NCBI GenBank assembly: GCA_041946735.1
Contig: JBHGAY010000006.1
Location: 1-64,000 of the forward strand
Origin: Candidatus Eiseniibacteriota bacterium
Lineage (GTDB): Bacteria; Eisenbacteria; RBG-16-71-46; CAIMUX01; VGJL01
Length of the DNA: 64,000 nt
Direction of reading: 5' to 3'
Shown here in pieces: positions 57,888 through 64,000 of the stretch. The translations under genes were made by a program, and so were the position numbers. Under the pieces are notes generated by a model. It made no database searches, was not told the DNA's origin, and saw only the letters and a list, made by a program, of their open reading frames with translations. Position 1 is the first letter of the stretch. Each line of letters starts with the position of its first letter.

Positions 57888-57938
57888 GAGAAGGAAGAGA
57901 GGAGGAGAGGACGAGAGGACGAAAAGCTCGAGACCCGC

Positions 57939-59774
57939 CTACATCCCCTCCTCCTGGGCCTCCTTCCATGGCTCCCCGAGCACCCCGCTGGACGTGGGCT
58001 CGAGTTCCGAAGGCTTCGCGCCATTCTGCTCGACGTAGGTCTCGAGGCGGGCTTTCGCTTTGTTGAGGTTCTTTTCCAGGCCCATGCGGCGGGCCGGATC
58101 GGTCTCGCGCGGAATCACGTACTCGAGCTCCTCGATCCCCCTCTCCACATACTGCGGGGCCGCGACGTACATGAGCCCGAGGTTGCCGCGGGCGCCGAGA
58201 TGGTCGGGGTAGAAGAGCAGCGTGCGCTCGAAAGCCTCCGCCGCTTCCTTGTTCCGTTCCTGGCGCATCAGCACGAGTCCCGCGTGGTAGTGCGCCTTCG
58301 CGTCGACCATCCGGAGCGCCGGGACGTGCTTCGACCGGATCGCGACCGGATCGAGGATCCGCAAGGCGAGGCCATACTCCTCCAGCCCGATGTAGGCCGC
58401 TGCGAGGTTCACCTGGGCGAGCGGGAAGTCGGCACGCAGCCGTAGCGCCTGTTGGTACAGGTCGATCGCTCCGCGGTAGTCCGAACGTGAAAGCTTCTCA
58501 TTCCCCAGTTCGAAGAAGACCTGCGGGTTCTTCGGATAGGCCCTCCGGTCGGCCTGGAGGAGCGTGGGAGTATCGAGGAACTGCGGGGCGCGCACGAACG
58601 TCCGGAAGCCGAACAGCGCGACGATGGCGATGGCAACGCCGGCGAGAACAGGACGCAACTCCGTCCTTCGCTCGGTCGCTCGCTGCGCTGCCAGCACGGC
58701 GAGTCCCATGAACCCGGGAAGCGCGAGGTAGAGATTCCTCTCGCTCGCGACCGACCCGACCAGCCGCGGGATCAGCGCCGGCGCGAGCAGCGGCAGGATC
58801 GCGAGGAGGGCGAGCGGCGTGCGCGGCATCGCTCCTCCGCGCCTCCCTGCGATCCAGATCGCGAGCGCGACCAGGGCGAGCGCGAGCGCGGCGAGCCCCC
58901 AAAAGGCGGGACCGTGAAGAGTGAGCAGCCAGGTATGGTCGTGCGACAGCCGGATCGGGACGACCGCGATCGAGATCTCCGCCGCGATCCCGGCGATCGA
59001 CTGCGCCAGCAAGGGAAAGAGCGGCAGCGCAGAGGTCGGATCGACGGTGGGGATTCTGCGGATCGGCTCGGGCAGCGCGACCAAAGCGACCCCGCGGTAG
59101 AGGAGCGCGATGGCCGCGGCACCGAGCACCGCGTAGAAGAGCCGTTTCTCCTCTTTCCAACGCGACGGAGAGACGAGCAGCACCGAAGCCGCGACGAACG
59201 GAAGGAGAAAGCCGGTCTCCTTCGAAAGCATCGAGCCGAGCGCGAGGAGGCCGACCCCGGCGATGCGCCCCATGCCGGCCGGCGGCTTCGCTCCGGCCAT
59301 CAGCAGGAGCGCCCCCAGGAAGAACCCGGTGGCGAGGATCTCCGACAGACCTCCGAGATAGAGGACCGACACGGTGTTCGCCGGATGCGCGAGGAACAGC
59401 AGACTGGCGATCCCCGCTGCCACCGCCGACCGCAGCCAGCGGAGCAGCAGCAGGAACAAGAGCCACGCGACCACCGCGTGCAGGACGATCTGGTCGGCCT
59501 GGTATCCGCTGCGCGCGTAGCCGTGGATCTCATGCTCCAAAGCACGGAGCGCAACCGCGACGGGACGCACCTGCGGCCGCATCTCTCCCGCCTGCCACCT
59601 GCCCGCGAGGAGCTGCCCCGGCGCCGCTCCGGTCACGGCCGGATTCCCCCAGATCAGCTCCGCCTCGGACTCCAGCCGCATGTGGTCGGAAGCTCCGTGA
59701 TAGAGCACGACAAAGGCGAGCAGGATCAGCAGGGCCAGAAACCCGACGAGGACGATCGAGCCCTTCACAGCCAT
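57939..59774 (-). CDS. Second TMTC-like GT-C/TPR membrane protein (divergent)
   Basis: VRPV, GY…VLHA, FLAHPA, SKE, P.RLSHD, SERNLYL, TPR repeats; loop-1 DD motif appears replaced (RLESE). Confidence 0.75.
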   Translation of the reverse strand: MAVKGSIVLVGFLALLILLAFVVLYHGASDHMRLESEAELIWGNPAVTGAAPGQLLAGRWQAGEMRPQVRPVAVALRALEHEIHGYARSGYQADQIVLHAVVAWLLFLLLLRWLRSAVAAGIASLLFLAHPANTVSVLYLGGLSEILATGFFLGALLLMAGAKPPAGMGRIAGVGLLALGSMLSKETGFLLPFVAASVLLVSPSRWKEEKRLFYAVLGAAAIALLYRGVALVALPEPIRRIPTVDPTSALPLFPLLAQSIAGIAAEISIAVVPIRLSHDHTWLLTLHGPAFWGLAALALALVALAIWIAGRRGGAMPRTPLALLAILPLLAPALIPRLVGSVASERNLYLALPGFMGLAVLAAQRATERRTELRPVLAGVAIAIVALFGFRTFVRAPQFLDTPTLLQADRRAYPKNPQVFFELGNEKLSRSDYRGAIDLYQQALRLRADFPLAQVNLAAAYIGLEEYGLALRILDPVAIRSKHVPALRMVDAKAHYHAGLVLMRQERNKEAAEAFERTLLFYPDHLGARGNLGLMYVAAPQYVERGIEELEYVIPRETDPARRMGLEKNLNKAKARLETYVEQNGAKPSELEPTSSGVLGEPWKEAQEEGM

Positions 59775-60823
59775 CCTTTCTTTCGGAACAGCATCAGCAA
59801 GGCCGCCTCGACGCCGAACATCGAGAGGAGCATCGCCCCGAACGCCCGGGGATCGTGCAGCCCAGGCAGGAAATCGAAGTTCATCCCATAGAAGCTCGTG
59901 ATCACCGTGAGCGGAAGCCCGAGCGTCGCGATCGCCGTGAAGATCTTCATCGTCCGGTTCGTGTTCTCCGCCGCCTGTCCGAGGTAGGTGTCGACGGCGG
60001 TGGTCAGCACGTCCCGGTGGATCTCGAGCGACTCCCCGATCCGCAAAAGGTGATCGTACACGTCCCGGAAGTAGGTGCGCACGGGGGCGGAGATCCACGG
60101 GTACTCGTGCGTGGACAGATGGGAGAGGATCTCGCGATGCGGCGAAACCAGCCGGCGTAGCTGCAGGATGTCCTTCCGGACCCCGAAGATGTCCTGCAGG
60201 AGCTTCCGATCGCCCCCCTCCACCAGCGCAGTCTCGATCTCGTCGATCCGCTCGTCCACCGCGTCGATCAGCGGGAAGCAAGTGTCGACGATCGCGTCGA
60301 GGATCGCATGGAGCAGCATGTCCGCGCCCTGGTCGAACGCGAGGCGGCCACGCACGAGCCGGTCGGCGATCGTCTCGATCGGCGTGACGGGACCAGGGTG
60401 GAACGTGACGAGCACGTTGCCGCCGAGCAGGATGTCCACCTCCTGCGCCTCGAACTCGGTCCCCGCGATCTTCGCGATCGCAAAGGCGACGACGAAGAGA
60501 TGGTTCGAGTACTCCTCGATCTTCGGGCGCTGCACCGCGTGGTGGACGTCCTCGAGCGCGAGGGGGTGAAACGGGAAGATCTGCCGGATCTCCTCGACCG
60601 CTTCGGGAGTCATCCGCTCGACGTCGATCCAGACCGGGTGGCCCCCCTGGATTTCGCGAAGGATCGCGCCGGTCCCCGTCACGACCGCCGCCGGCATGTT
60701 CTTTCCCCTTCCGGCGTACGCCGTGAGCCGGCCGGGCTCCCGCGGCTCCCGGCCCTCGCCCTTCGCCCCCCCCTCCTGCAGCCGCGGCTCTGCGGCCGGC
60801 GACGGCTCAGCAGTCACTGTCAT
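59765..60823 (-). CDS. corA: Magnesium/cobalt transporter CorA
   Basis: HPLALED, QRPKIEEY, YFRDVYDH, YGMNF; alternative start at 60697. Confidence 0.9.
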   Translation of the reverse strand: MTVTAEPSPAAEPRLQEGGAKGEGREPREPGRLTAYAGRGKNMPAAVVTGTGAILREIQGGHPVWIDVERMTPEAVEEIRQIFPFHPLALEDVHHAVQRPKIEEYSNHLFVVAFAIAKIAGTEFEAQEVDILLGGNVLVTFHPGPVTPIETIADRLVRGRLAFDQGADMLLHAILDAIVDTCFPLIDAVDERIDEIETALVEGGDRKLLQDIFGVRKDILQLRRLVSPHREILSHLSTHEYPWISAPVRTYFRDVYDHLLRIGESLEIHRDVLTTAVDTYLGQAAENTNRTMKIFTAIATLGLPLTVITSFYGMNFDFLPGLHDPRAFGAMLLSMFGVEAALLMLFRKKGWL

Positions 60824-61739
60824 CCCGGACCTGGACCTTACCCGAGCAATCGATCCCCCGGTGCTCCCCCGGTCCCTCGACCTCGATGGTGCAGTGCTCG
60901 ATCCCGAACTGGTCGTTCAGAAGGCGCCTCGCCGCCTCGCGGCGACTGCTCCAGTCCTTCAGGTTCTCGACGACGAGATGCACCGTCAGGGTGTCGAAGT
61001 GGCTTCCGATCCTCCAGACGTGGAGGTCGTGAATCCCGGTGACCCCCTCCACCTCGCAGAGCGCGCGTTCCACCTCCGGCAACCGGATGTGCCGTGGCAC
61101 CCCTTCCAAGAGGATGTGGATGCTCTCCCGCAGAAGATGGATCGAGCTGACGAGGATCAAAGCCGCGATCAAGAAGCTGACGATCGCGTCGATCCGCGTC
61201 CAGCCGGTCCTCGCGATCACGACTCCGGCGACGATCGCTCCGACGCTTCCCATCGCGTCGCCCAGCACATGCAGGAACGCGCCTCGCACGCCGAGGCTCC
61301 CCCGGCTCGGATCGCGCAGCAGCAGGAGAGCGATCACGTTGACCGCGAGGCCGGCGATCGCGACGGCCAGCATCATCGGCCCCTCGACGTGCGGCGGCCG
61401 CTCGATCCTCCGATACGCCTCGTAGGCGATCACCGCCGCTGCTGCGAGCAGCAGCAGCCCGTTCGCGAGCGCCACCACGATCTCCAGGCGCTGATACCCG
61501 AAGCTGCGCTTGGGATCGGGCGGGCGCTGCAGCTGGCTCATCGCAGCCAGCGCGAGACCGAGCGCCGCGACGTCGGAGAGCATGTGCCCGGCATCCGACA
61601 GCAGGGCGAGGCTGTTGGAGAGGAGCCCGCCGGCGAACTCCACGAAGAGGAATCCTCCGGTGAGAAGCAGGACCGTGCGGAGACGGCTCGTCGGCAGCTC
61701 GTCGTTCCCGTGCTCGTGTCGGACGATCCCGTGGCTCAT
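60807..61739 (-). CDS. Cation diffusion facilitator (CzcD/ZitB-like)
   Basis: SLALLSDAGHMLSD, FGYQRLE, AFLHVLGD, HDLHVW, HCTIEVE. Confidence 0.9.
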   Translation of the reverse strand: MSHGIVRHEHGNDELPTSRLRTVLLLTGGFLFVEFAGGLLSNSLALLSDAGHMLSDVAALGLALAAMSQLQRPPDPKRSFGYQRLEIVVALANGLLLLAAAAVIAYEAYRRIERPPHVEGPMMLAVAIAGLAVNVIALLLLRDPSRGSLGVRGAFLHVLGDAMGSVGAIVAGVVIARTGWTRIDAIVSFLIAALILVSSIHLLRESIHILLEGVPRHIRLPEVERALCEVEGVTGIHDLHVWRIGSHFDTLTVHLVVENLKDWSSRREAARRLLNDQFGIEHCTIEVEGPGEHRGIDCSGKVQVRDDSDC

Positions 61740-62950
61740 CGCTCGGCGGAGATCCCTGCCATCGCCTGCTCCAGGTCGCCGAGCAGGTCCTCGGTCTCCT
61801 CCAGCCCGACCGCCAGGCGGAGGAGGCCCTCGCCGATGCCCGCGCGCTCGCGCTCTTCGGGGCGGAGCATGCGGTGGCTGGACGTCGCCGGGTGGGAGAG
61901 CAGAGTCTCCACTCCCCCGAGACTCGTCGCCAGCCGGATCACACGAAGACCGCCCATCAGCCGGACCGCCGCGTCGCGTCCGCCGGCCAGATCGAACGAG
62001 AGGATTCCGCCGAAGGCTCGCATCTGTCGGGCGGCGATCGCATGGCCGGCGTCGCTTTCCAGCCCGGGGTAGCGCACCCGGCGCACGAGCGGGTCGGATG
62101 TCAAGGCGCGCGCGATCCGCAGAGCGGAATCGGACGCCGCGCGAACCCGCAGGGCGAGCGTCGCGAGTCCGCGATGGAGCAGCCACGCGGCGAACGGATC
62201 GGCCACCGCGCCGAGCGAACGACGCGCCTTCTCGAGCGGATCCCGAAGGCTCCCCCGACCCACCACGGCACCGAGGACGAGGTCGGAGTGCCCTCCCAGA
62301 TATTTCGTCGCGCTATGGACGACCGCGTCCGCTCCCCAATCCAGGGGGTTCTGGAGCGCCGGCGTCGCAAAGGTGCCGTCCACTGCGACGCGCACCCCGG
62401 CATCTTTCGCGCGGGTGCAGATCGCGGGACCGTCGAAGACTCGAAGGAGGGGGTTCGTCGGCGTCTCGAAAAAGAGGAGCGAGGGGCGGCGGTCCAGTCC
62501 CCGGGCGAGCGCTTCTCCGTCGCCGAGGTCGACGATCTCGCGCTCGATGCCGAGTCGCGGGAGAAGCCGTGACATCAGATCGGCGGATCCCCCGTACAGA
62601 TCGCTCGCCACCAGCACCCGGCCTCCCGAAGGGACCATCGTCCAGAGAACAGCGTGAATCGCAGCCAGCCCGGAGGCGAAGAGCAGCGAGAAATCGGCGT
62701 TCTCGATCGCGGCGATCTTCTCCTCGGCCGTCTCGACCGTCGGATTGCGGTAACGGGAATAGACGTAGCCGCGGCTCTCGTCTCCGAAGACCTCGAACAT
62801 CTCCTCGGGACTGTCGAACGAGAAGGTGCTGGTTTGCACGAGGGGAAGCGCGACCGGCTTTCCGAGCTCTCCCCGGGCGATCGAAGCTCGAGATCCGTGA
62901 ATCGCGCGAGTTCGGAAACCGGTGCGGCCCCGCCCGGCCGGGTCGTCCAC
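61736..62950 (-). CDS. Cys/Met-metabolism PLP enzyme (methionine gamma-lyase / cystathionine gamma-synthase family)
   Basis: YSRYRNPT, FASGLAA, ETPTNP, DGTFATP, HSATKYLGGHSD, SLGGVETL, RLAVGLE. Confidence 0.9.
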   Translation of the reverse strand: MDDPAGRGRTGFRTRAIHGSRASIARGELGKPVALPLVQTSTFSFDSPEEMFEVFGDESRGYVYSRYRNPTVETAEEKIAAIENADFSLLFASGLAAIHAVLWTMVPSGGRVLVASDLYGGSADLMSRLLPRLGIEREIVDLGDGEALARGLDRRPSLLFFETPTNPLLRVFDGPAICTRAKDAGVRVAVDGTFATPALQNPLDWGADAVVHSATKYLGGHSDLVLGAVVGRGSLRDPLEKARRSLGAVADPFAAWLLHRGLATLALRVRAASDSALRIARALTSDPLVRRVRYPGLESDAGHAIAARQMRAFGGILSFDLAGGRDAAVRLMGGLRVIRLATSLGGVETLLSHPATSSHRMLRPEERERAGIGEGLLRLAVGLEETEDLLGDLEQAMAGISAER

Positions 62951-63022
62951 CGTGTCCTCCGCGTGTGGGGGTTGCGGGATGCGGGCCGGCCCCTTGCCGG
63001 CCCGCGCGTTCCGCTCACTGTA

Positions 63023-64000
63023 CTATTCGGAGTACGCCGTTCGGAAGCCGACCTGATCGGAGGCGACATCGGGCGCTGTCGCCTCCCGGCCGGTCACGCG
63101 AACCCCGTAGGCGCTCTTCGCGTAGCTGCCGCCGCGGATCACGCGAAGGACACCCTCGATTGGCCCCTCCGGATTCGTTTGGGGCGCCGACGGGTACGGT
63201 CCGTACCAGTCCTTCGTCCACTCGGCGGCGTTTCCGCTCACGTCCAGCAGTCCGAAGGGGCTGGTGTCGCCCGGGTACGATCCGACAGGACGGAGGGCGC
63301 CGTAGCCGCTGTCGAGATAGTTCGCCTGCTCGGGAGCGATCGTCGTCCCCCAGGCGTAGATGTACTCCGTGTGCGTTCCCTTCGCGGCGACCTCCCATTC
63401 GTGCTCGGTCGGGAGGCGCAGACCGAAGTGCTCGGCATAGGCCTTCGCTCCATACCACGTCACCCCGACCACCGGGAACTGACCCGCATCGGGCAGGACC
63501 GCCATCCTGTCGCCTTCCGGATCGTAGAACAAGGCGGACTTGTCGAGGTCGACGATGCGCACCGGCAGGCTGTCCTCTTCCACCGGTTCCGTGAGGTTCG
63601 GGTAGAAGATGAGGTCGTTCGCGATCGTGTCGCGCCGCACCAGCGGAGAGTCGCCCGCCATCGCGCTCTCGAGATACTGCAGGTAGAGGGTGTTCGTCAC
63701 CTCGGTCTTCTCGATGTAGAAACCCGACGTGAACCGGACGTCGTGCGCAGGCAGCTCGTCCCCCTCCGCCTCCGTCGGATCCGCGGACCCGACCTGGTAG
63801 AGCCCCGCCGGGACGTACGCCATGTTGGCCGGATCGGGCGGGTTCGGATCACCGCCGACGTTCGAGACGGAGACCTGGCGCTGATTCGCGCCGACGCGGT
63901 TCGGCAGGTACGTGTTCTTCGCCTCGATCTTGACCGTGTAGATCCCGGGCCGGGAGTACTTGAACGACACCTGCGAAGTGGCGGGAAGATTCTCCGCGAA
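63023..64000 (-). CDS. Partial gene (5' end outside the window): PKD-like domain followed by an FGE-sulfatase/SUMF1-like domain
   Basis: Y..PG.YTV PKD-like end; TEVTN, PVVGVTW, RLPTEHEWE.AA, GL.DVSGNAAEW, RGGSY, GFR; frame open to the window edge. Confidence 0.85.
   Translation of the reverse strand, partial: FAENLPATSQVSFKYSRPGIYTVKIEAKNTYLPNRVGANQRQVSVSNVGGDPNPPDPANMAYVPAGLYQVGSADPTEAEGDELPAHDVRFTSGFYIEKTEVTNTLYLQYLESAMAGDSPLVRRDTIANDLIFYPNLTEPVEEDSLPVRIVDLDKSALFYDPEGDRMAVLPDAGQFPVVGVTWYGAKAYAEHFGLRLPTEHEWEVAAKGTHTEYIYAWGTTIAPEQANYLDSGYGALRPVGSYPGDTSPFGLLDVSGNAAEWTKDWYGPYPSAPQTNPEGPIEGVLRVIRGGSYAKSAYGVRVTGREATAPDVASDQVGFRTAYSE

Noticed and set aside
57888..57935. Purine-rich low-complexity spacer between convergent genes as a functional element
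   Set aside because: Short and irregular, with no stable hairpin; no evidence beyond composition
63023..63150. FGE/C-type-lectin-fold C-terminus as a diversity-generating retroelement target
   Set aside because: No template-repeat copy and no reverse transcriptase in the window; a remote DGR cannot be excluded
63023..64000. True formylglycine-generating enzyme
   Set aside because: The catalytic Cys pair after RGGS is absent (RGGSYAKSAYGVR), so this is a non-catalytic FGE-like domain
1..64000. CRISPR array, IS/integrase, prophage, rRNA, selenocysteine recoding
   Set aside because: No repeat-spacer periodicity, recombinase or phage genes, or rRNA-like segments seen; the redox enzymes (MsrA, Brx, ArsM, redoxin) have Cys codons in uninterrupted frames

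Overview
High-GC bacterial chromosomal window, densely coding with about 50 CDS. I found no rRNA, tRNA, CRISPR array, integrase or transposase. Three secreted proteins end in FlgD-Ig/T9SS-CTD-like tails; together with a PEP-CTERM protein, LPS-type genes and TMTC-like proteins, this suggests a diderm FCB-associated lineage such as Candidatus Eisenbacteria/Latescibacterota (inference only). Content in order: receiver-only response regulator; korAB-PTS EIIA; larE-larB; M14 and M28 secreted peptidases; DUF2231-Rieske protein; short asparaginase; hisC-CDF; bacilliredoxin; arsR-arsM-hemerythrin-flavin reductase cluster; TMTC-like TPR protein; Asp/Gly-repeat protein; msrA; tyrS; O-antigen ligase-GT9-MsbA; Rex-like/BNR propeller/MoaD-like operon; archease-rtcB-GT9; malQ-treY fusion; GT9; PEP-CTERM; redoxin fused to a probable beta-barrel; pepF; rocD; M48 peptidase; FAD oxidoreductase plus type III PKS; second TMTC-like protein; corA; CDF; Cys/Met PLP lyase; partial PKD/FGE-domain protein. 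Best candidates for undescribed biology: (1) a Rex paralog with a rewritten DNA-recognition helix coupled to a beta-propeller and a ubiquitin-like GG-tail protein; (2) an exported CxxC redoxin fused to a barrel-like domain with a CxC loop; (3) the extended arsenic-methylation cluster; (4) an intergenic cluster of co-oriented DnaA-box-like motifs. All calls come from reading motifs by eye; no database searches were run.
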